64,000 bases of DNA from Hypanus sabinus. Lineage: Eukaryota. The notes under the pieces are model-generated. The model saw only the letters and a program-made list of their open reading frames with translations. It was not told the DNA's origin and ran no database searches. The stretch lies in assembly GCF_030144855.1 (NCBI RefSeq), contig NC_082709.1:148862001-148926000 (forward strand), given 5' to 3'. Within the stretch, counting starts at the first letter, position 1. Each line of letters opens with the position of its first letter. The position numbers and the translations under genes are program-made. This document shows positions 23,161 to 36,060 of the stretch, piece after piece.

Positions 23161-25064
23161 GCTGAATACAAATATTGTGCAATATCTCTCCCATTGTGGA
23201 ACAAAATCTTGTTCCTACCTTAACTGTACGAATTGTTGCAGTTTGCGGCATGTGCTGTCTGTTGACTTTTCTTTTAGAATTAATCTCCAAAGACTTCACA
23301 GAAGAGAATCCAATTAACTTAATATCTTCCCAAGGGGTTATTGAAAAATACCATTTTTCACTGTTGGTTCTTTCTTTCATTTACTAAAGTTGTAATTGTT
23401 TTCTATCAAATTAATTATAATCATTTTCACACATAATACAACAGGATTTTTCTAACGTTGGTATTAAATCTGAGCTCAGATCTGACTAGTGCAACATGAT
23501 TGCATTAATAAGTCCCCACGTGCATTTGTGGGATGCTTAAAACTTTATTTTACTTCTTAATTTCCGTACTGTAGAAATTTATTTGTACTCCAGTTTCAAA
23601 GACAGACCAAGTAACACCTAACACTTGTGAGTCTCAACAATGATTGTTGTACTATTTAATCTCTTTAAGTATCATAGTTAAACTGGCTCCGGGACTGGTT
23701 TTTCACATTCCTATTCTGTGAATATCTGAGCCAAATTTAAGACTGCTGCTGCTGCTGCTGCTACTGTGAATTGGTGATTTTTGGATCAAGTCGACATATT
23801 GAACCTTCCTTTTCAATATTACATTGCCACTCATTTACAAATTAGGATTCCTGGCCTTTCAATCTACCCCATATGGCTTTGCACTTTATCACCTTATTGT
23901 CTGCCTACAGGCATCTTCTCTGTGAATGCACACTATTCTGTTTTACATTATTGCTTTTCCGGTGTCCTACTTCAATATACTATTCTGGTGAAAATTTCTG
24001 TAAAGACAGCAAGCAGAACAAAGATTTTCACTGTACCTCAGCACATGATAATAATGAAACAATCACCATTTAAGGACAAATTCTCCAGTACGCCCTCCCG
24101 CAGTCTTCTGGTTTTTCATATGGGGACTGAAACAACTCTGGAATGAGAAATGGCTATCAATTGGTCAAAGAGTGGATTGGGAATAGTCTGAAGTGGATAG
24201 GGGACGCTGATGTGGGAGCTGAAATTTGATATGTACTATGTCGCACCTTAATGACCCAGGCAAATCAGAGTACCAAAAGAGAAAGAAACATAGAGTATCT
24301 GCAGTCTGCTGATTAATCTTCCACAATTTTGATTAGTATAATTTGAAAGAAAGAAAATGAATTCTGCTGCTGATACTCCTGATTTCCTACTAATCTTCAG
24401 GTAGATTTGCACCTTGTCTCATTTAGTGACCTAATTATGTAAGTCCCACTATCATCCTACCATTCAAAACCCTAGAACTTTGCGGATTCTTGTTATATTT
24501 TGAGATAGCAACTTTAATTCTTCAAAATATACTATTAAATTTGCTTAATTAAAATGCACAGTTTCGGTGTAAAAATGCTTCAGGTTACTTCATTGTCCTT
24601 TTGGACTCAGTTGCAAGTCAGCTGTGCATTGTTTTACTAAAAGTTAATTAAGCACAAATCTGAAAAGCGTATGGATTGTAGACTATGTAATGTCTGATTA
24701 CAAGCTGTGCAAAGTCACCATAGAAGGAGAAATTAATGCAATAATAAGGTGTAGAGAGTCGCCTACAGAGAATTACAGAGGTACAGAGATCAATTGATTA
24801 TAAGTTACTTGGTTGATCACAACTACTGGAAAACCATATTGATGTTTTAGATTTCTTGGAGCTGATTACTGGAATTTCAAAACCAGTCAAGTACCAGTTT
24901 TGATAATATTTTATTACGGAGTATTTCAGCAGTTGAGACTATTCATGATGTGTCTGCCTCTGAGTGCCTGGCCCACTTCATAAAAGGGGAGCACTGAGAG
25001 ATCATGAAAATCAACTTGTTTTGACATAGCTTCTAATGCCGCAAAAGACTTTTATATCAGTATA

Positions 25065-25187
25065 TCATGGAGCTCAGAAAAATAAAGGGCTATGGGTACC
25101 TTAGGTAATTTCTAAATTAAGAACATGTTCGGCACAGCATTGTGGGCCGAAGGGCCTGTATTGTGCTGTAGGTTTTCTTTGTTTCTA
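25065..25187 (+). mobile_element. CR1 3' terminal fragment
   Basis: cacagcattgtgggccgaagggcctgtattgtgctgtagg..tttcta is the CR1 3' hairpin and tail. Confidence 0.7.
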
Positions 25188-25356
25188 TCATTTCAGTGTA
25201 AAAGCAAGCATGGATTGTCACAACTTTGGAACAGTTCAGACCAAATTAAATAACTAATAAACAACTCAGTAAAAGGCAGCTGATCTCCAATTAGAATGGT
25301 GCCTGAACAAGATTAATTTAACACAGTAAAAATCCTAACATGTCTTAAAGGCTATA

Positions 25357-25585
25357 GTCAAGTCAAGTCACTTTTTATTGTCATTTCAACCATAACTGCT
25401 GGTACAGTACACAGTAAAAAGGGGACGACATTTTTCAGGACCATGGCGCTTCATGAAACAGTACAAAAACTACACTGAACTACGTGAAAACAACACAGAA
25501 AAAAACTACACTAGACTACAGACCTACCCAGGACTGCATAAAGTACACAGAACAGTGCAGACATTACAATAAATAATAAACAAGT
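25357..25585 (-). mobile_element. Rex1/Babar 3' tail, same family as 4145-4713
   Basis: gtcaagtcaagtcactttttattgtcatt..cataactgctggtacagtac is near-identical to the sequence starting at 4145. Confidence 0.8.
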
Positions 25586-28500
25586 AGAGGGCAGTAAGTT
25601 GTTAAAATAATGGCGAGCCAACCAGCATTCATTGCTCCTCTGCTCATAAGGTACACCACCTTCAGGCAGGATGTATGTGTGAGTATCTAAATGTTGGTGT
25701 CGGAAAGGCATTGTACTGTGTTTCATGGAAAGTGAATCTTGCCGAATCACTCATTGTTGAAATGTATAAGAACTATAAAGTTGGAGCATTTGTGCAGTAG
25801 TTCAAATTAAACTTGCCCAGTAAGTTCAAAATCTTATTCCATCAACCAAGCAGAATGATATGATGACTTTTTAAATACCAGTCAGAAGTCCTAACATTGA
25901 CAATTAAACTATTGTAAGCAAAGAGTTCCCATTTTTATTGAGAGATTTCACAAATATAAAATCCATTTTCCTTATTTTTATTTCTTCCTCTTTCTTTGAT
26001 TTGGCTTTGAATCTACTTGCTCTAATTTATGATTCCTTAGTACTTTCTTAGTGATATCACAATCTATTAATTGGACTAATGATGCATGGTTCATTGCTGT
26101 TTTGCTCTCAGCCTGAGAGCAGGGTTTCTCTTGTTATAACATTATCTGTAAAATTGGCGGAAGAATATCATTGTTATTGAAGAGACAAGGGTCAACTTAA
26201 AGGCGACTCCAACAGTTGCCCAACTACAGCAAATGCCTGTTGCTGTAAAATGTAGAACATAGAACAGTACCACATGGTAGGGGCACTTTAGCCCACAATG
26301 TTGTGCTGACAACATGATTAGTTCTAACCCTTTCCTCCTACACAGCCCATAAACCTCCATTTTTTCTACAAGCTGGACTGTAGCAGGAGGTCTTGGCTAG
26401 TTCATTTCTGGGTTGTCATTTAGTATTAAAAAAACAGAAATCGGTGCAAGTGTGAATGGAAATTTGGCAATAAAACCCAATTTAGCAATCTATCATGAAG
26501 TGATGTAATTATTGAGAATAATTAGATTTTGAATACATACATTACCTCATTATTAGATTGCTGGATGTTGGGCTGTTATAAATTGTAGCAACCAGCAAAA
26601 AATCAACAATAATCCTTTCATCATAAGTTTGGATAGTTTACAGGCCTTTGTTAAACCAGGCTAGAAAGAAAATGTCCGGTCTCAAAATAAGCTGTACTTT
26701 GGGTAATAATTTTCTGCATTTGTGAGCACTAATGAAGCAGGGGGCTGGATTTAGCTTCTGGGTAATGTGATTATGCAAATTGTGTTGTCTTTCATAATAA
26801 AACAGCAAACCTCTCAACACCTTCATTAACACAGTTTTAAGAAGCTCTGGGAAATTGCATAATATCCACCCACTTACAAGCTAAGGCAACCAATTATCAT
26901 TGGAGTCAAGTGCTCAATCACTAATTGCAAATGCTCAGGCGAGAATTTACATATCAAAGCTTTTGTAAAATGGAGCCAGTTTCCTCAGAATGCACGTTCA
27001 GTTTCTCAACAATAGCCCACCTTGTCACCCTAAATCATTGTCCAGGCCCAGGAGAGCATGCATCAGTTTTGATAATTGCCCACAAAAAAATAAAACTGAT
27101 CATAATAAAATAATGATCCAGCTTTTGCTTTATTATTGAAATATTGCCAGCAGCATTCACTACTGCTGAATTTCAATGACTGAATCAGATGTTTTCCCTA
27201 AGCAGTCAGGTTATCCCCTTAAATTAAAAAAGAATTGCATCTTCTGTTTAATCTGCTGCATTTTCACAAACCAACAGGGAGTTATAATTAGGAATACATA
27301 TTTCCTATTAATAATTGTACCACAAAGATTATTAATCCTTTTATATTTTGTTCTAATAATTTAGGAATTTGCAGGGATTTATTAGATTCTATACATTGAG
27401 AAATTATTGTTGAAATTTCCTCAATCAACATTGCTCATTCATAATCCCAATCATTTAATTCACAAAATTGACCCATAATTGTGATTAGGAAAATGACTAA
27501 AAGTAGCAAGTGAAGGAACAATCCAGTGAAATGCTGAATGCAATGCATTTATTCAAATAAAATGTAATAGTAAATAAATGGAAGCTAACAAGAATATGTG
27601 TAGTTGTTGTAAAAGGAAGACCACACAAATTAAGTATATTTCCATGCAGACAGTTTAATTCGGTGTTTGATTATATATGTATTTTGTTTGTGTCTTCACC
27701 AGTGACTGTCTGAGAACCTTTCTATCTTCATCCTTTTCTACCAGTGTCATTTTGTATGGCTATATCTTTGTCACTATTTGTAGTTTGTGTTGTTTATGTG
27801 CAGCATTGTTCTCCAAAATATATATTTTTTAAAATAACAGATCTGTTGTTCTCCCTTTCTCTATATACTCTGCAGTGTTTTCACATACAGCAATCAAAAT
27901 ACAAAAGCACCGCTTTTTTTTTGGTTCTTTTCATTTTTTTTTTATTTTCTGTCCTCTGCCAGCCAGCATCAGTAACTTGTTCATTTATCTAAATTTATCA
28001 ACCCTTGTGGATTACTAGACTTTGTTTATGAAATGAGCCATAAAATTAAACTTTACTTGTAGAGAATGTCTAGTAAATTGGCCTGAGACCCAGAGGGCTA
28101 TGTTCTGGATGACCATAATAAAGCACTGGTAGAAATTGTGAGCAGTCAATGTCATCATGAGAGAGTTTAAGGTTTTTTTAAATTTTGAAATACTTGATGC
28201 TCATTTCAGAATGATTTCAGAGTATGATAGAAAGCCATTGCTAGATGAACACATAAACATCACAGTAGTTCCGTAACACGTCATCCATTAATGCATGCTT
28301 GATCCACTCAGGTCTATTAATCAATGTACATTGCAGATGCACTGTGATGCTCCAAAGCCCATAAGTGCCACATAGAGCTCTCTAACTCCATTTGTCTGGG
28401 AACTGTCGTCTGTGCAGTTTCAGGCTTGTTTTAATTGCCAGCGCATGCAATGCGTTGTCCAACAGCGTGGAATGTAGTTAGCACTCAGCTGGTTTAAAGT

Positions 28501-28857
28501 GGGTAGCATACCGGTGATATTGCTGTAATGCAAAGTTCTTAAAAAAAATGTCAGATAAGCATCCACTTTAAATACATGCTTCGCTTGGAGCAGCTATTTC
28601 TGGTTATTTTGTTTATTCACCTTTAAACAATCCATTCCTGGCAAGAGTGTCCCAAGGTACTGAGGGTCTGGACATCTACAAGCCCCGTGACTGGAGCAAT
28701 TGCCACAGCTTACCTCTATGACCCTCTCAACAACCCAGCTAAGGGTGGGGGAATGGTTAGTGACAGGGTGTTCATTTAATAAGTGTATTTCATTTACAAT
28801 TTTACACAGGGCACCTCAGCTGCCAGTGTCCAGGGAGAGCAGGATGATGCCATAGAT

Positions 28858-28917
28858 CATAGGTTCCCAACTTTATTTTATGCAAGGGGTCTGTGGCCCC
28901 TAGATTGGGAACTCCTG
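28858..28917. mobile_element. 60-bp hAT-like MITE remnant
   Basis: Degenerate TIRs cataggttcccaact and rc caggagttcccaatc resemble CAGGGGTTCCCAACC. The TSD is not clean. Confidence 0.4.
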
Positions 28918-28934
28918 CTGTATATAGATCCACC

Positions 28935-30055
28935 AAGTAGCCAAGAGCTATTCAGCCCATCAAGTCTGCTCTACTATTCCATCATGGCTAATTCTTTTCC
29001 CTCTCAACCTCATTCTGCTGCCTTCTCCCTGTAACCTTTGATGCCCTTACTAATCAAGAACCTATCAACCTCTACTTTTAATGTACCCAGTGACTTGACC
29101 TGCACACCCAATTGTGCCAATGAATTCCACAGATTCACCACCCCCTAGCTGAAGAAATTCCTCCTCATCTGTGTTCTAAAGGGATACCCTTTTATTCTGA
29201 GCATGTCCTTTTGGTCCTAGACTCTCCCAATTTTGGAAACAGCCTTCCCATGTCAACTCTATCAAGGCCTTGCGATATTTGGTAGGTTTGAATGAGATCT
29301 CCCTCATTCTTTTAAAGTCCAGCAAGTACTGACCCTGAGTCATCAAATGCTCCCCATACATTAACCCTTTCACCCCAGGATCATTATTGGAACCCTTTCT
29401 GTGCCCTCTTCAATGCCTTTCCTAGATATGAAGCCAAAATCTGCTCACAATACTCCAACTGTGATGTGACAAGTGCCTTGTAAAGCATTAGCATTACATC
29501 TTTTTTTAAAATTCCGGTCCCATGGAAATGAATACTTACATTGCATTTGCCTTCCTCAGCACTGGCTCAACCTTCAAGTTAACCTGCAAATTCTATCAAA
29601 GTGCATGACTGTACACTAACTTGCACTGTATTCCATCTGCCACCTCTTTGCTCATTCTCTTAATCTGTTCAAGTCCCTCTGCACTTTCTGCCCCTCCGCC
29701 TGTCTTGTATCTTTTTTCCATCATCCAGGTCATTAACATATCATGTGAAAAGTGGCAAACTTAGCACTAACCCTGCAGAACGCTACTAATTAATGAGATG
29801 ACCAGAAAAGGCCCCTTTTATTGCCACTCTTTGCCTCTAACAGTCAGCCAATCTGCTGTCCATGCTAATATATTTCCTGGGCTTTTAGCCTCATGTGCAG
29901 CACCGTTCCAAAGTCTTTCTGGAAATCCAAGTAAGCAACATCCAGTGACTCTCCTTTGATGTTCCTGTCTGTTATTTCTCAAGAATTCCAACAGCTTTTT
30001 CAGGCGAGATTTCCTCTTAAGGAATCCATGCTAACTTTGGCTTATTATATCATGT
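28935..30055 (-). mobile_element. Decayed CR1 LINE
   Basis: Minus ORF KGLMYGEHLM..G.Y.LDFKRMR..; CR1 tail at the left end. Confidence 0.75.
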
Positions 30056-31182
30056 GCCTCCCCTGCTACCTTCAACCTTGAGCTCCTTGCTACAATCCAT
30101 CATGTCCCCTGTCCTTGAGTCCATTTACTCATTCTCGCCCCCCCCCCCCGCCAACCCTATTCACCTATATACTTCAAGACCGAGACTGTGCCCTGCTCCA
30201 GACTGACGTGATTTCCTTTGTGTGCTCTGTCATTGTGGCATGTTCTTTTGTCTAAACCCTGTTTGGTAGCATCTTACTTTGGCCTTCATATGGTACTGAA
30301 TTTTCCAATGTTAGTCCCTTGAAAATAATATTGGTTGGTCACTGGGAACCAACTATTGTATCTAACTACTCACACTATACTTACTAAGCATCTGTTCCAC
30401 ACAGTAATTTGTTCCCATAAACCAATTTTATCACAGGGCTACTTGTTATCATGCAAACTGAGAACTTGCAATCTATGAGTTACTTCTAAATTGCCAGCAG
30501 GAGTAACATTACATTTGGCATGTTAATGTGTGAGTACTTTGATTAATTATTAATTTGGTGCACATTTGCACAATAAAGATGCGAACACAGCAACTACGCA
30601 GCAGTGTTTTGGATATAAAACCTGTTGTACATCACATTGCTGACCTCAATGAATATTGCAATGCAGAGACAGTGTCAGTACTGAATTACTCCAGGGAATG
30701 TTAAAAGCAAGAATGGGGGTAATGTTTCCAGCCATGTTTCCTTCTATCTTCTGTGCTAGCAGGTTAAAGTTCAGTATAATTTCTAAACTGTCCACCTTGT
30801 GTCTGAATAAACCTAAATTCTCTAAAGGTAATGTCCACTGTGCAATTATTTAATTGGCTGGGAAAGAAAAATATGCAGAACAGTTCTTGAGGCACTGCAG
30901 CTTTGAATTTAATTCTCCACGCTATCTGAAGATCCAACACAATGTGTGGTGAAGAGTTTTATTTGATGTTGACTATTTGCTGAAGTTCTGGAGCTCAGTA
31001 GGTGAAGAGTGAAAATGAAGTAGAGGGAAGATTAGTATCTTGCTAATAACAAATTGTCTCAGTTCAGATTGTGGAGAAGCATTTCTCCTGCTGCAGAAAC
31101 TGTCATATTGCTCAGAGAGAAAAATGAGCAAATCACTAATAACATTTATTCATCTTAGTCTTGCCTATGTTTGTCCTCACAG

Positions 31183-31590
31183 ATGGGAAACTAAAAGTTA
31201 ACCAACTAAACCGAAATCTTGTGGTAATCGAAAATGACAACGTCCACTTGAGCTGTGTCATCACTAATCAAACAAGTCCAGACTCTCAATTCTCTGTGCA
31301 ATGGTATGTCAAGAAATCACAGGAGAAAGAGAGCAAACTTATTATGAAATCAAATCGCGATTGTGTGTTTGAATATGGGAATGAGCTGGGAAGTCACAAG
31401 AGGAAAGAGAGAATGCAGGCTGCAAAACCTTCACGTAGCCATTATACTTTGGTGTTATTCAAGACTGATACAGCTGATAGTGGCAAATACTATTGCCATG
31501 TGGAGGAATGGCTACTGAACCCAAATAACATCTGGTATAAAGTTGGAGAGAACACATCAGGAATGACTTCTGTCACAGTCAGGCGACCAG
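31183..31590 (+). CDS. IGSF3: IGSF3 exon, Ig V-type domain 6
   Basis: Acceptor cctcacag|AT, donor CCAG|gtactg. Reads GKLKVNQLNRNLVVIENDNVHLSC...FSVQWY...DSGKYYCHVEEWLLNPNNIWYK. Confidence 0.95.
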
Positions 31591-33059
31591 GTACTGAATT
31601 CCACATTTCTTTCTTTCATGTATTCAACACAATTCTGAACTATGAATGCTTGGGTTTAATTCTGTGGAGAAAGATTTAAGTGATTAAATCTGATCACAAG
31701 CCACTTCAAGTTGGTGCTCACACATTTCCCTTGATAACTGCATTGGTAAAGGGCTATTCTCAACCCATTGAGCAAAAACTGAGATTCGACTTTAAAGAGC
31801 AATAACCTAAAATTTACATCTTTAAAGGTGTGATATTTGCACAGTACACCAATGACCAGTTAACTCGGGCCAAACACTAGTTCGGAGTATTCAGGCCTGG
31901 GGCGTAAACGGTGTGTCCTAGATAATAGGGGTGAAAGGGAGATGGGCAATGCAGGCATAATGAGTATGCAAGTTGGTACTGTGTGTGAAGGATCCCAGTG
32001 AGTAAATGTTTAAATAATGAGACTTAAGGTAATGGGGTTCCAGCCCAGCTCTGCATGGCTAATTCTTTCCAGCTGCAGCATTGCCTGGGATGGATGTCAT
32101 TTGAAGTGTATCTGACACAGAAATCACATCAGCTGTGCAACCTGCTCCCATAAAGTAGTTATGCAGAATGACTGTCATCAATGTCACATTTCAGTCTGGA
32201 AAAGTTCCATTTCAGTCGGATACCACTGAGCTGAACAACACTACACAATCAGCTTCTTGTGGTTATGCTCATCTTAAAAAGCCAGTAGAGGCTGCTCTGC
32301 TCTCGTCTTACTCTCTGGCGTATGATGGTCCATGTATTCTAAAAATGTTAGTTCTTCCGCTTTCAAACTGAAGAGTCGAAAGATCTTCTTTCCTGGCAGA
32401 AGCCATTACACTAATCTAACTAATTACAATTTAAGTCCAATTTATTATAATTTCCTGATGATTTGGGAGTCATTTGCAACATTAATGGATGTAAAATATC
32501 CTACAAGTTGTTCAGCAGACTCTGGTATTCGCTTTTTATTTTGTGATCATAAACTGAGGGGAAGGGCCAGCCTTTAGCAACAATTTTTTTGGGCATTTTG
32601 CTGACTAGACAGCTGAATGATTCAGCTTCAAGGTAAATACACTATTATCTTTTATACATTTCTCCAGTCCTTCCTCCCCATGATCATCAAATCAAGACTA
32701 GATGTAAAAAAAATTATTGCATAGTCTTAGTGCTGCAGATGGTGAAGATTATGAAAAGGGAGCAAATCTTCCCAGCTGTTTCCATCTGCTGACAGCCTCA
32801 GTGCCAGCTCTCCAATAACTTGCAGAGAATCATTAAGATTGTAACGGTTTCCACCTCTACCAAGAACCAAAATCCACTTGATTTGGATTATCACGCTGAG
32901 TACATTAAATATACCTCTGTCTGACATTTTATTGGCCCCAGTTATAACTCAAATTGGCTCAGATCTAAACCTATACCAGCCACACCATCCAAGCCTAACT
33001 GGAGCCTGAGGATAAGTAAAAATGTGTCATCCATACAAACCTGATTGATTTTCTTTTGG

Positions 33060-33885
33060 GCAATCACAGTAAATCCAAGAAACACGAAAGAGTCAATGAA
33101 AGACTGCTCACAACAGGATGGACAAACATCCAATCTGCAAACAGCAGACTGTGCAAATAAAAAAGAAAAAAAAATAGAAAATAAATATCAAGAACATGAG
33201 ATAAGAAGTCCTTGAAACTAGTCCACAAGTTTTGGGAACAGTCCAGTGATATGGGGCAAGTGAAGTTATTGCCACTGGTTCAAGAACCTGATGGTTGAGG
33301 AGTAATAACTGTTCCTGAACCTGGTGGTGTGGGGCCTGAAGCTCTTGTTCTCCTTCCTGATGGCATTAATGGGAAGAGAGCATGGCCTGGCCAGTAGGGG
33401 TCCCTGAAGACGGATGCTGCTTTCCTGTGACAGTACTCCATATAGATATGCTCAATGGTAGGGAGGGCTTTACCCATGAATGACTAGGTCATATACACTA
33501 CTTTTTTGTAGAATTTTCCATTCAAGGGCACTGGTGTTTCTGTACAAGGCCATGGAGCAACCAGTCAGTATACACTCCACCACAGATAGAACTTTGTTAA
33601 AATTGTAGATGTCATGCCAAATCTACTCAAACTTCTCAGGAAGTAGAGCTTTCTTTGTAATGGCGCTTAAGTGCTGGGCCCAGGTCAGATCCTCTGAAAT
33701 GATAACACCAAGTTGCTCACCCTCTCCACCTCTGATCCTTCAATGAGGACTGGCTTCTTCTTGTCTTAATCGATAATCAGCTCTTTGGTTTTGTTGATGT
33801 TGAGTGAGAGGTTGGCAAGGCACTCGTCAACCAAATGTTTAATCTCCCTCCTATATGCTGATTCATCATCACCTTTTATTCGGCC
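33060..33885 (-). mobile_element. Rex1/Babar 3' fragment
   Basis: Minus ORF GKALPTIEHIYMEYCHRKAASVFRDP..PGHALF.LMPSGRR. Confidence 0.8.
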
Positions 33886-34014
33886 AACAAATTAAATACA
33901 GCCTTGGAATTTTCCATGTAACCATCCCAGCACATTTTGCACATCACAATGAATGGTAAAACTTTAAACAATCAGATTTCTCATTAATTAAATTAAAATC
34001 TTGTGTATCCACAG

Positions 34015-34425
34015 AAAACAATTTGCAAACAGTCAAGACAGAAAGGAGTGTATCTGTACCAGAGGATGGCCAGATTCAACTGAATTGTAAAATTAGCAAC
34101 CGTACCAAATTGGATTCCCAGCTCTCAGTGGCCTGGTTTACCCAGAAAACCCCAGAGACAGATAGCTATCCTATTTTCAGACTGAGTCGGAATGCTGTTT
34201 TTGAATATGGTAGTTCAATGGATAACAGTACAAGATTGAAGGATAGGCTACAGTTTGAAAAATCTACCAATGATTTGTACAGTTTGATACTTCAGAAAGC
34301 AACTATTTCCGACACTGGAAACTACTACTGTAACGTGGAAGAGTGGCTGCTGGATCCTAACAAGATGTGGTATAAACTGGCAGAAGATCAATCTGGATTG
34401 ACAACTGTCATTGTACAACAGCCAG
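34015..34425 (+). CDS. IGSF3: IGSF3 exon, Ig V-type domain 7
   Basis: Acceptor tccacag|AA, donor CCAG|gtactg. Reads QIQLNCKISNRT...LSVAWF...RLSRNAVFEYG...DTGNYYCNVEEWLLDPNKMWYKLAED. Confidence 0.95.
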
Positions 34426-34644
34426 GTACTGTAACAGTCCTTTGCTCAGTTTGGATGATTTTGGTTTACAGAAGCAATACTTCTTATTAGAAAATTTTAA
34501 ATGAAAGCTGTGTGGTTCAGTTAGCTAATGGTAAAAACTAATTAGAGTAGGTGCAGAGGAACATGAAAATAGAACTATCTCTGTCAGCCCCATTCCCCAT
34601 AACCCATATTTCCAGCTCTTCATAGTAGCTTCTGCAAATTCACA

Positions 34645-35081
34645 CAAGGGGTGATTGATAAGTTTGTGGCCTAAGGTAGTAGGGGGATGAGTTATACAGC
34701 TCTTGTTACATGCACATGCAGTTCAACTCCTTGAGTGATTATGCAGAAAGTTTGAAGTTAATAACTCATCAGGGGTGATTGATACATTCATGGCCTAAGG
34801 TATGAGTTATTAACTTCAAATTTTCTGCATAATCACTCAAAGAGTTGAACTGCATGTGCATGTAACGAGAGCTGTATAACTCATCTTCATCTACCTTAGG
34901 CCATGACCTTATCAACCACCCCTGCTGTGGACACTTTCTGGAGGTCCAAGATCCGTGTGCTCCACGACCACTGGACTATGTATGTAAATGAAGGAGGGGA
35001 CTGTGTTGAAAAATAAATGTGCTAGGATTTCTAAAATAGTCTCCTTCTAACCTAGGCCACGAACTTATCAATCATCCCTTG
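34645..35081. mobile_element. Mariner-derived composite MITE with four TIR copies and an internal fold-back
   Basis: Outer TIRs caaggggtgattgataagtttgtggcctaagg and its reverse complement; CA/TA flanks. Transposase C-terminal relic ...HWTMYVNEGGDCVEK* at about 34961-35015. 84-bp inverted arms at 34686-34769 and 34802-34885. Confidence 0.85.
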
Positions 35082-35227
35082 TACTCTGCAACACAGTGGG
35101 ACAGCATTCAACATAGTCAGCTCAACTATATCTTACCAGGGGAGTGTAGAGATGGCCAATAACTTTAGACTTAACTAATGATGCACAAATCCCTTTTAAA
35201 GGGAAAAAAAAAGTCATTGTAATTCTT

Positions 35228-36060
35228 TCACAAACAAGAAAAGATCTGCAGATGCTTGAAATCCAAGCAATACACACAAAATGCTGAAGGAACTCAGCAG
35301 GCCAGGCAGCGTCTGTGGTAAAGAGTACAGTCGATGTTTCAGGATGAGACTTCTATGGAAAGGAGCTAGACCTGCCCTTGCACCTCGTCCCTCACTACCA
35401 TTCAGGGCTCCAAACCATCTTCCAGGTGAAGTGACACTTCATCTGTTAGGGTCATATACAGTGTCTGGTGCTCCCGGTGTGGCCTCCAGTGAGACTTGAC
35501 ATGGATTGGGTGACTTTTTTCCCAAGCACCTTAGAAAAAGTGGGATCTCTCAGTGCCACCCATTTTAACTCCAATTCTCGTTCCCATTTCATTGCCTCCT
35601 TGACTGTCATGATGAGGCCACACTCAGGTTGAAGTAGCCACAACTTATAAACCATCCGGGTAGCCTCCAACCAGATGGCATGAACATTGATTTTTCGAAC
35701 TTCCCCTCTCCTTCATCATTCCCCATCCCCTTTTCCCTCTCCAGCCTTATTTCCTTGCTTGCCCGTTGCCTCCCTCTGGTGCTCCTCCCCCACTTTCTCC
35801 CATGTCCTCTCCTCTCATGCTCCCCCTTATCCAGCCCTGTGTCTCTTTCACCAATCAACATCTTAGCTCTTTACATCACTCCTCCCCATCCTGGTTTCAC
35901 CTACCACCTTGTGTTTCTCCCCTCCCCTCTTTTTTTAACTCTATCCCTCATCTTTTTTCCTCCAGTCCTGATGCAAGTTCTCAGCCCGAAACGCCGACCA
36001 TACTCTTTTCCATAGATACTGCCTGGCCCGCAGAGTTCCTTCAGCATTTTGTGTGTGTTA
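35228..36060 (+). mobile_element. 833-bp PLE derivative: inverted terminus + GIY-YIG relic + 3' terminus, 12-bp TSD
   Basis: ATTGTAATTCTT at 35216-35227 and 36061-36072. PDGMNIDFSNF is shared with the 19906 element. Degenerate hammerhead at 35965-35998. Confidence 0.85.

Noticed and set aside
23743-23760. (CTG)6 microsatellite
   Set aside because: Short, intronic and unremarkable.
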